Below are positions 53,962-64,000 of a stretch of DNA of 64,000 bases, one piece after another. The position numbers were made by a program, and so were the translations under genes. The notes beneath the pieces are model-generated. The model searched no databases. It was not told the DNA's origin and saw only the letters and a list, made by a program, of their open reading frames with translations. Location: contig JABANN010000120.1 of assembly GCA_013115125.1 (NCBI GenBank), forward strand, positions 1-64,000, given 5' to 3'. Position 1 is the first letter of the stretch; every line of letters begins with the position of its first letter. This DNA is from Perkinsus olseni. Lineage: Eukaryota.

Positions 53962-54432
53962 TCAATGACAAGCACTCTTTGCTAGATGAGCTCCGGTGCC
54001 AGTAGTGCCCGGCACGCCTGGACTGTTGGTGCGAATGTGAACCTCCGACTCCGAGGCCAAAGGAATGTAATGAATAGGTTCGCACCAGTCCTCGGTGAAT
54101 AGGAGATCAAGGAACCCCGCATTAGCATTGATGATGGCAGTCCTCAGAGCTCCCTTGTACTTATCTTCCTTAACTAGCAGTCCTCGGAGGCCCGGTCGCA
54201 GATGCACGACCTCGAAGGGCACGTTGTAGGCTCGACCAATCTTGCCTTTGTGCCGCACTGAAGCATCGAAATGAAACAATGAGAAGTTGAGAGCGATCTC
54301 GACACCAGAATAGGTTGTGCAGAAGGCACCACTCGGTGAGGATAGAGTGAGTGTAGCCCACGGGATACCCTTGTCGTCGTCGACTATTCCGTAGACATGG
54401 TTACAGAGCACGACGAGGATAATGGCGAGCAT
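53962..54432 (-). CDS. Putative secreted protein, intronless
   Basis: Signal-peptide-like MLAIILVVLCNHVYG, then a single ORF of about 156 aa containing a PSGAFC motif. Confidence 0.5.
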   Translation of the reverse strand: MLAIILVVLCNHVYGIVDDDKGIPWATLTLSSPSGAFCTTYSGVEIALNFSLFHFDASVRHKGKIGRAYNVPFEVVHLRPGLRGLLVKEDKYKGALRTAIINANAGFLDLLFTEDWCEPIHYIPLASESEVHIRTNSPGVPGTTGTGAHLAKSACH

Positions 54433-54903
54433 GTCGGAGAAAGACACTAAGGGAGTGACTCTCAATCGCTGATTCATAAGCAACTCTGCTTTGAGCCCCG
54501 TCGCTTCCTTCAACGTAGCATTCTGGCACCGATCACCATGATGAGCGTTTTTTTCTTAAGCGAATACCGGGAAAGAAGAGAATTCGAAGCCCCAAACTCT
54601 GCCTGGAGAAAGAATTGTGACGATTTCTGTCGTGCGCTCAAGGAAAAATCACTAAGCACTACGGGAGCTCTCGAGGACTAGCTTTGGGCTCGAGATAGAA
54701 CTTCCCGTTGATGAGCCAGTATCAATCAGAGTCATTCCACATTCGCGACTACCTAGCTCACCAATCACGACCGGACAAGCTCCATTCATGCTGTGGGGAG
54801 AACCATGGGCTCGCGTGCGTCATGGCACGCGTGCAATGACTCCCTCCTCTGCTAGTTTCTAGCAGATTGTCCCCCTCCTCCACCTTCAGTGGTTTTAGTC
54901 GCG

Positions 54904-57199
54904 ATGGCAGCCAGTCGTCGGAATCGAAGCCGAACAGCTGCGTCTCCCGCCTCGCCGAGGTTGATTGTCATTCTCTTGGCGGCAACCACTTTGTCTGTTC
55001 TGTTTCTTACGACTTGGTATTGGCAACTGCGGGAATACAAGTCAGTGGTCTGTCTTCGAGACGGTTGCTGATGTTAGCGTCTTTCCTCGTTAGGGATGCT
55101 GTGGCGGCGTTCCAGGGCGATGTAGACAAGATATCGCGCCAGCTGAATCGTCTTATACGCATGGAGCAGGAGAGGCGAACAGACGCCTCTCTGATTCGCT
55201 CGTACAGTCGTGAAGAAGGCACTCACTTGGAGGAAAACCATGAAGTGCATTCTGAGGCGGTGCCGGCCTTGGCCCCTGCTTCGACTACCGCCCGTGGGGC
55301 AGCCGCCCAGCCGTACACGATGGCCAGTGGGCACAAGGGCAACGGCGAACCGCGGAGAATGTGAGTTGTGAGTCATCGCTGCGGCCCAGCTTGCTGCGTG
55401 AGTGGGACGCGCTGTGATCAGTTACATCTTCACCTATGGGGGGCCTCCTGCGTGGTCCCCTCCCGTGCAGATGCCGCTCGGCTTTTGTCTTGGCATGGAG
55501 AGTGCACTTCAGCAAGAGCTCATGGTTGAGGTGTGGTTACAGCAATGCTGGGAGCCTCGGTTGTCGACTCTGTCAGGTGCTGGGCCCGTCTGGCCAGGGC
55601 AAGGCTGACGGGAAGAAGTTCAGCGACCCGAAGGCTCTGAAACCTTTCGTGAGTGTCGTTGGGAAAGTCGTCTGCCTCTCTGTTCATCATGTCTCCCGAG
55701 GCTTGGCGTGCAGTTCTCGCGGCTCAGGTGTTGCTAACCCGTCTGAAGGAGCTTCCTCCCGATGGGCTGATGCTGTTCAATGACGCTCTCGATGTATGGT
55801 TCACCCCTCACTCTAGCGAGGACGCCTTCGTCGATGCGTAAGGCCAGTGCATGGCAGCGCGACGGCTGCCGCTCCGTGAAAGGTTTTCGGTGTAGATTCG
55901 AGAAGGAGCTGCAGATTCCCGACGACACGATACTGGTCTCGGCCGAGCGCAACTGCTGGCCTCCAGCCGACAGGATGCCCTATTGCCGCGACTACCCTCC
56001 CAACAAGCATGGCACTACGTACAAGTACGCCAACACTGGTGGATGGATGGGAAGGGTGAAGACCAGTGTTTTCCTCTTGCAAGGTGAGTAGCTCGGGCAA
56101 TGCAGGCGAATCCTGGTGGCCTTCAGCGTGGACGGCTTGTATTCTCGATGGCAAGGACGAGCAAGGCTGCGTCCAGTGGTTCTACAGGGATGCCCTAGAG
56201 AGTCGGAAGTGGGCTGAGCGTATGTAGGCTGGTGGAGTGAGTTTGAAGTCAGATACAGAGAAGGCGTTGGTGCCTTCAAGATCGCCTTGGACGACACCCA
56301 ACGGGTATGGCAGACGCTGTGGGGGACGAAGTTCGCCAATGTGAGTTTGCCACTCAAGCCGTGTTTACCCATGCCATGCTGCTGCAGGCGGAACCTGCCT
56401 TCCGTCAAGTCGACGCCGCGGGCTTCGGTGAGGAGGAGTCGGGGAAGCTGGTGAATCCAGAAACATCGACCAAGCCGTTGGTGGCCCATTTCAACGGCCC
56501 GAAGGACACGCTAGTTTACTGGATGAAGGTGCCCTTCTTGGGAGCTTTCGATGTCCTTGTGAGCGCGCTGATGCGAATTTCGCTCGCCCGAAATTGATGT
56601 GAAACTGCCTGATGTCTTTTGCATCTCATCGTAGAGGGCGGGTGGTAGCTTCTGGCATATTGGTAGGAATGGAGACAGATTCAGCGAGGAGTGGTACTTG
56701 TTGTCAGAAATGGAGGAAATATTATCAGCTCGAGCCGACCTTCCAGGAAGGGAAAATTAACTTTTGGGGAGAAACTCGTGATTTTTACAAGGACATCTGT
56801 CCTCACAACTTCCTGCCGCGACTGCCTTCTAAGAAGGTAGATGGTGACGTGTCGTGGCTGGGAATCGAACCTGGGTGTCTTCAGGTCCCGCCCGGCCAAC
56901 GATGGAGGTCGGACTACAAGTGCTCAGAGGTTTGCTTGGGGAAGGACTGGCGATGCGCTGCCGACACTAGGTCGAACCCTCCCAAAGCTCCAGAGGTTAC
57001 GGTCGATGGCACCCCTCTTGCCCGGGGAGGGGTAGGGTTCCGAAACTATCCATTCTTCCCTCCTCTTCTCTGTAGGTCATGGCCGAGTGTGATCCATCAT
57101 CGGCTTCACCGTGCTGTAGCTCCACTGGCTGGTGCGGCGGTAGCAGCGCCCATTGTGACTGTCCTGATTGTATCGACTATCGTAAAGTGGCGCGCATGA
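54904..57199 (+). CDS. Type II membrane glycosyltransferase with a PLOD (lysyl-hydroxylase) GT-like domain
   Basis: N-terminal TM LIVILLAATTLSVLFLTTWYW; LMLFNDALDVWF, ILVSAERNCWP, YKYANTGGWMG, DEQGCVQ, IALDDTQRVWQ and PLVAHFNGPK match PLOD-GT motifs. Confidence 0.8.
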
Positions 57200-57295
57200 G
57201 GAAGGCGGGGGCGTGATATCAAAGCCAGCTTTCATGGTTGAAGTGATGTTGTGTGCGTTTGCTGTTAATTTGAGGTGAAGGATTGATCGACTGAG

Positions 57296-58789
57296 ATGGC
57301 TGCCTCGCCGTCCGAGGCCCTGGACAGAGTCCTCCAAGCCGCTCGCAAGGGCGACTATGCGGCAGTGGTGGAGTGCGTAGAAGCAATAGACTGCAGCACG
57401 GCGTCTAACCAGTGAGGGCAGGATGTATTTACGGGAAGAGGGACAAGGGGTAGATACGGGCTCACTCCCTTGCATGCAGCGGTCAGCGGTGGCAACGATG
57501 AAGTCATCCGATTGCTGGTGGAGAGGAGGGCCGAGATTGACAAGCCCGATCGGAGCGGCTTCACGCCGCTGTGGGAGCCTACGGGACGCCTTGGGCATCA
57601 CTGCGGCCGTTGTAGGTATGTTGCTTTAACTCGTAATCGTTTGGCATGCGTGAAGTTCCTCCTCGAGCTGGGTGCGTCGATAGAGTTCAGGAACCACGAC
57701 GGCGCCACGGCCTTGCATGTGGCTGCATCCTTGGGGAGGGAGGAGATTGCTCAGCTGGTGAGCACCGGCGGCCCCCTTTTCTGGTGAGTTCATCAATTCG
57801 TCAGTTGATAGATGAGGGAGCCGACGTGAATGCTAAGAACAACGTAGGTGAGAGGGGCCCCTCTTTCGTAATATCATCACGCCGCTGTCCTATCTCCTCA
57901 GTGCCTAGCGCCTCCTGCTGGTGTTATGGTCGTGGTGTGGTATGATCAGGCAATACTCCGGCAATGGCCGCGGCAATGGCAGGTCGATCGAAGATTCTAG
58001 AGTTACTGTTGGAGACCGGAAGGGTTGATGCTACCTTCACGAATAAGGTAGGACGGTACTAAACGCACCACTGGTGTGACACCACGGTTCACGGCAACGG
58101 CTGTCTGTCGACGGCTACACCGGCCTCGCTCGTTCTGTTATGCCTGTCCCGCTAGGGAAGGTCTTGACGGTAGCTGTATCGCTGAGGGGAGTGACTTCTC
58201 CTTTGTTTTTCAGAGTGGGCAGTCCGTCCTGGACTTGGCCGCAGCTAGCAGGACGATCTCGTCCACCGTGTTGAATCAGCTCCGCAAGCCCTCTACATCC
58301 GATCGAGCGTCTGCTCGTTTGGCAGAAGAGACACCAACGTCAGCGGAGCGAAGCAATAGTGTGGAGATAGGCGTTCAGACTGGCCTGTTCGCGTCCGAGG
58401 TGATGGAGGTCTCGGCGCAGACCGACGAGGCGATCGCTGATGGTACCGGTCCCGCTCCCTATCTAGAGCAACTAGCACAGCACCGTCGGCGGATACGTAA
58501 ATTGGAGCGGAAACTAGCCTCCGCCCAGGACGAGGTGGTGAGGCTTCGTAGGCTGCTGGATCGGCAGGTTGCGGCTACTGAAAAGCCACCACAGACCCCT
58601 GGGGATGCTCGTGCAGATGAGTGTGGAAGCTCACAGAAGCCGGAGCTGTCAGAGGCGTCTGCCGTGGCCTCCGCTTTGATGTCCGAGTACCGCTTACGTA
58701 TACTGGATGACATCGAGAGGAGGCTTGAGAAGATGCAGGCTGGGGAGATTCTGTCAGCTAGGCAGGCATGCCGTCGTATTCCAATGTGA
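57296..58789 (+). CDS. Ankyrin repeat protein with a C-terminal coiled coil (multi-exon)
   Basis: YGLTPLHAAVSGGNDEVIRLLVERRAEIDKPDRSGFTPL; GATALHVAASLGREEIAQL; ADVNAKNN.GNTP; then the coiled coil RRRIRKLERKLASAQDEVVRLRRLL. Confidence 0.8.
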
Positions 58790-58944
58790 TTGTTGACTTG
58801 TACTAGTGGGCTGCGTTGTAGTCGTCACAGGGGATGGCGGGCAAGTTAGTGTTATTCTTTCATTGTCATTATTATGAGTGACCCCACCAACGGTTACGGC
58901 CCGCTGTGGGCCACCATAGGGGCCGCTAATCAAGTTAATCAACA

Positions 58945-61900
58945 TGTACGGCTCCCTCCTCCTCGTCATCATCGACGCTCATCCGCTCTATTGAGTAGAT
59001 TGGATGCAGTGCACGATCAGTGAAGCTTGTTGCGAAGAAGCAGATATTTCTCATATTACCAGATCGGGATGCTAGCGCTGGATTGAAAGCAGGATCAAGG
59101 TGAGACCTCGATGCCGCTATTGCAAGAGCCCTCCTTGTCGTGTTGATTCGATGCTTGAGCGCGTCTTTTGTCAGGGCGGTTCGGATATTCCCATGCTCGA
59201 TGAACCCTCCGGAGAGTCTACGGCAGTGGCATGCTGAAGGAGAAGTTCCGGAGAACGCCGTCGCGATGTCTTGGGCGGTAAACCATCATCGTTCTGTTGT
59301 TCGCCCGTGACCTTTCCGTTGCTCGTCAAGACGTCGTTCGGCTGTATGATCGGTACTCAGACCCTATCGGGGAAGACGAGGAGCTCTAAGGGACGAGTTA
59401 AGGTCGAGGCCAAGGTCATTGGCCCGAACGATAGAAATGCTTGGTGGATCATGTCTACCAACGAATTCATGCCGGGCACGGTATCATTCCGCTGTAGAGA
59501 AGAGGAGTATCATGAGTACTATATTCGACATAACAATGATAAGATTGATGTAACATGGCGGCAACTGCGGGTCGCTGAGCTGTCGAATCAGGCATGTATT
59601 GAAGAGGTGGGTAGCAGTGGTTTCAGGCAGGCGGCGTCATTCAATCTGTTGCTGCGATCTGGTGGGGTGGCGGGATCGAACCTGCGTCGTTCCACTTTAT
59701 TTTTTGCAGATTGCGATCCGAGAATGAATCGAAATGGCAGCAGCGTGATGAATATCTCCATCGACCCCAGCGTGCTGGAGGACAATCAGCGGTAGAGGAG
59801 GGGGTTGCTTCTCGCGTTCCGCCGATGGCTCTGCTCAGTCATACTGAGACGGTGGAGTCACAGCCGAGCGTGCTTGTAGAGAAATGTGATGCTGAGGAAG
59901 TGAGCCGGAGGACTTCTACTGCTCATCCCGTGACACTCTAACCGTTCCAGGATTCTTCGGCGGACGCCTCGCTGGAGCCGGGGGTAGAGGATGACAGGTG
60001 CTACTGCGGTCTGGGGTCGTTCCAAAGTGGAGCCCACTCACCTCAGTCCTGTTGGCCGCGGAGCAAGTGGGATACAAGAGTTGCCAGTGAGTCCCAGTGA
60101 GAGTGGCGAGTTGGAGGAGGAGGACGGCGGCCGGGACGACGACACCGATGCTGTATGCTAGGGAGGGCTTCTGGTCCGGCCCGAGATTGGTCATTTTATT
60201 CAGTCGAGTCGCTCTCAGAAACGCACCAGAGACGTGCGGTCTGATGGGAAGAAACTCCGGAAGAAAAATAATAGCGACGAGGAGTCCACACCGGAAGCCA
60301 AGCCCAGGTGATCTCGGTGGAATGATTTGTCCCAAGGAATTCTTTCGAGTGCTAATAGAAGTGAACGTACCAGACCCTTTGCGACCGTCTACTCATTGAA
60401 CTCGTGCGAGTTGCATGAGGCTCCGTTGTGGTGTATGAGCCTGTCGTCTGTGATCGACCCTTTCGCGTGGTACTCAACCAACTGAAGTTGCCAGTGTGGC
60501 GGTAGGGTTATGATGTTCTTCACTTGCTCAGTGACCCTAAGAGGAAGAGGCGTGACTCATCGGGTTCTGTTGAGGAGTTGCTGGTATCGGGTCGAATCGA
60601 CCGGCGAAGCAGCATAGCCAGCTACCAGAGTTTGCCGAAGAATGTCTTCGATAATGAAGGGCCTCTCTTGGTGGGTGCACAGAAAGAGCCAGGCTGGTCA
60701 CTGGACTGATGCTCAGGCACGACCTAGCGGGGGCCATGATAGTGTGTTCGATCTCACCCTCGACCACGATGAAGGGCCGGACGTGTCCCGGATCGATCCT
60801 GCCCCAGCCACCGCTGCGTATGAGGTGATAAGCTAGGAAGAGTCAGGCCCCGCCTCTCGATCATGAAGGCTAGTATCAAGCCGCCGATTGATAAGACCTA
60901 GGAAGATCATGCTGAATGATAGTCCGATGAGTTATGCTTCTCGTCGTACTGTCACGATCGGGAGGGGTGCTCAACCTCATGGAGATCGGAAGGCCGGCTC
61001 AGGAACTCGAGGAAGCCCGGCGAGCACTGAGTAGCGCCCTCGATAAGGACCTGGAAAGTCAGCAGGAGATCAAGCTGCTTCGCAAGCAGTTGGAAACAGC
61101 GAGAAAATCCAGCAAGGAAGCTCGGGTATGTTGGCCTCTTTTGCGCTGCGTCCCACTTGCCTCACGATGCTCAGGAGCTGAAGCAGCTGCGCAAGGAGTT
61201 CGATAAGGCGAGGGAAGAGTTCGAGAGGTCACAGGCGGAGGCTCGGGAGAAGATTAGGACCTTGCAGCGGGAGTTGGCTCTGGAGCTTGAGGCTAAGGAT
61301 GATGCGCTGGTAGCGAGCTCGTGTAGCATTCGATGGGGGAGCTAACGGGAAACCTGTTTGTCGTGTAATTTTTACGGAACGCTGCGAAGGATCCCGTGTG
61401 TCGCTGATCCATCGTGGTCGTGATCCGCCCTCCCAGAATCAAACTGAGGCTCTCGAGGAGAAGCTAGAGGGAAAGCAGGCGGCTGAGGAAGAAGCTGCGT
61501 GCACTATCAAGTCCCTCAAGAAGGAGCTCAAACAGAAATCGGAAAGGCTCAGGGCTGTACAGCAGCATCGCGATGATGAGGTCGGTGATGCTGAGAGGGG
61601 ATTAACCCAAATTTTAGGGTTTTACGCAGATAACGGCTGAAGATGGAAAGGTGGCGGCCCTGCAGCAAGAGTTGGAGGAGGCTCAAAGACTGCAGGAGGA
61701 AAGTCAGGATGTAATCAAGTCGCTCCGCAGTGAGCTCGAGGGTGGGGAGGCTCGGATGAGGGAGCTGCGTAAGGAGCTGGAGGAGGTCAAGGTAGGCGCG
61801 ACGAACGGTTTGTGTCAAGCATTCCTCTGTGCCGCAGGATGGTGCCGATGATAGTACAAGTACGCTGCGAGCTGAGCTCGAGGCGGCTGAAGAGGCGCGG

Positions 61901-64000
61901 AACGTCGGCCAAGCGGCCCTTACCAAGCTGGAGGCAGATCTTGCCGATGAGAAAGCGAAGGTTGCGGAGCTTCGAGAGGAACAGGTTAGTGGAACGAAAG
62001 AAACCAGTGTCACAGGGACAGGAGGGTGCTTGGTAGTCGGGCAATGAGAGTGAAACGTTCACGAACTATCTCTACAGCATGGGGACCTGTTATAGGCGAT
62101 GCGCTCTTTGCTTTCAGGAAGCAGCAGACAGGAGGTGGCAAGAAATTCAGAGCGAAAAGCAGGCGAAGGAGGCAGAGAATGAGGAGCTCAAGCGTACTCT
62201 GAAGTCGATGGAGGTAATCACAGGGGTCACGCTCGTCGATCGTTCTCACGGTCTCTTCTCTTCAACTGTGATGAACCGTCATGGAACCTCGTGCGGAATG
62301 GTCTTCTCCGTGCCTGCTCAGAAATTGCCGGCGGAACTCGAAGCAGCGAAGGCGCGACGAAACGAGGCGGAGATTGCGGTGAGCATTTGGCGAAGTTGAC
62401 TGTGCGAGGGCTGAGTATCAGATGTTCGGATTGGAGTCGGAGATCGACGCTCTGAAGGAACAGCTGGAGGAGAAAGAGAAGGAGATAAAGAAGCGAGTGG
62501 AGGCTCAGGCGGAGAAGGAAAGTGCAAATGGTGAGGGGCATGCTCGGTAGCCTTCGTACTCACTGAGTCTACGGCAGGGAATGCAGGGAAGCCCCCTCTT
62601 CCACCGGCCAACACAGGAAAGCCCTCCTCTGGTGGCAACAGACGGGAGTCTCGGGAAGTGCGTAGCCGACTGAGTCTTGAGATGGATGAGGCGGTTGCCG
62701 GACTGCTGGTAAGCCCAGTTCGCTTTTTAAGAGCAAGAAGGCGTGTAGATCCGTCTGGATGAATGATATGCAGTTGGTGGGAAAACTGTGGAACACATGA
62801 CGGAAAACTGCACTATGCAAAAATGAAGCCACTCTTTTGGCATCACGCATTGTCTTCGTTACGCACTGTAAATCGCCGTTGTCTCCATCTACAATGGGGC
62901 GCTGAGCTGAGCTTTTTCTTCCCCACAGGGTGCGGGTGCCGCTACGACTGCTGTATCGGAGGAAGAGCAGAGCGTGGACAAGTACAAGAAGATAATAATA
63001 GACCTGCAAGAGAAGGTACTTTAACGGCCGCGATCCGCCATCCAGGAGACGCTACGTGGTAGATAAAAGTCCAAGATGGATGGTTGGACGAGTGCGAGTT
63101 CGATATCTCCAAGTGGGAGGGCCGCTACAGACACGAGCAGGAGGAGCATGATGAGACTCGGAGAAAATATGGCGAGGTTGCAGAGACACTGAAGAGAGCA
63201 GAGGGGAAGAGGGCCGAGCTGAAGGCGGAAGCTCAGAGGCTATTATTGGACCTTGAGTGGGTAACGGAGGAGAAACAAGCGCTCGAGCAAGCTGTGAAGG
63301 AGCTTGATAAGGCTGGTGAGGCTCTCAAGGACAACACTTAAAGCATTGATCTCATGCCAGTCGCAGCGGAGGCTCGAAAGCCGGAGACGCGAACAACGGC
63401 TACTTCCACTAGCATGTCAATGAGGTACCTCACCTTCCCATTGCGTGGCTGCCGTGCTGCCGAACGTGGGCATGCTGTGCAGCCCGAGACAGGATTCGAT
63501 TCTCAGGAGCTTGATCTCGTACGAACAGCGCTTCGAAGCTATGAAGGCAGAGACTGCTAAGCTGAAGCAAGACGCAGAGGCGCTCGAGGGTGTGTCCCAA
63601 CAGGCTTCAACGACTCGATCGTTCTATCAGGGAGCAAGCGTGCGGTTGAGTTGAATGCCCAGAAGGCTGAGGAGAAGATCGACTTTATGCGCTCCCAGAA
63701 GAAGGAGCTGGAAGGCGCTTTGGGTCTGCTCACTGACAAGCTAACGGTCGTCGACGCGGAGGTGGGCTCCCTGGCTAGATCGGTTGTGCGAGAGGAAGCT
63801 CTCGTGTTTGTGATAGAGGACCCGGCTGCTGCATGCACTCTCCCTTGCCCAAGACGAGCTGAAAGCCCTGAAGACTGGCATTGCAGGAGTCTCTGATTAC
63901 AATGCAGCAATCAAGGAGGCAATGAGGGGTATGCTACGAACCTCAGTTGAGATTGATCGGCGCTCGAGTTGCTCCGGCAGATGCTCAACGATCGGCACAT
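58945..64000 (+). CDS. Long coiled-coil protein with an N-terminal AbfB/CBM42-like beta-trefoil segment; runs off the window
   Basis: GTVSFRC...YYIRHNN...FRQAASF (~59476-59645) resembles the AbfB repeat. From ~60990 there are many E/K/L/Q-rich heptad exons. Start and continuity are uncertain. Confidence 0.55.

Noticed and set aside
1-64000. CRISPR arrays, rRNA, tRNA or prokaryotic operons
   Set aside because: No regular repeat-spacer array or recognisable rRNA/tRNA motifs were seen by eye; the sequence is spliced eukaryotic DNA.

Overview
Gene-dense eukaryotic protist DNA with many short GT-AG introns, which is why the ORF track is fragmented. A 21-nt match to the Perkinsus-type spliced leader (CCGTAGCCATCTTGGCTCAAG, 49436-49456) points to a Perkinsus-like (perkinsozoan) genome. 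Genes recognised by joining exons by eye: Tousled-like kinase, proteasome receptor Rpn13/ADRM1, four tandem Aa_trans amino-acid permeases, a DENN-domain Rab GEF with a DENND4-like Zn ribbon, MsrA, an AAA+ ATPase, four tandem small proteins with an RVxF-like PP1-docking motif, a DUF1279/FAM210-like protein, a PLOD-type glycosyltransferase, an ankyrin protein, and an AbfB-like beta-trefoil plus coiled-coil protein. Decayed Ty3/gypsy and LINE-like remnants are also present. Main findings: (1) a strand-specific, highly base-paired candidate ncRNA in the 638-nt long intron of msrA; (2) a genomic spliced-leader relic, possibly tandem, just upstream of an ATG; (3) the tandem RVxF-like gene family. 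Ends of multi-exon genes are approximate, and no database searches were run.
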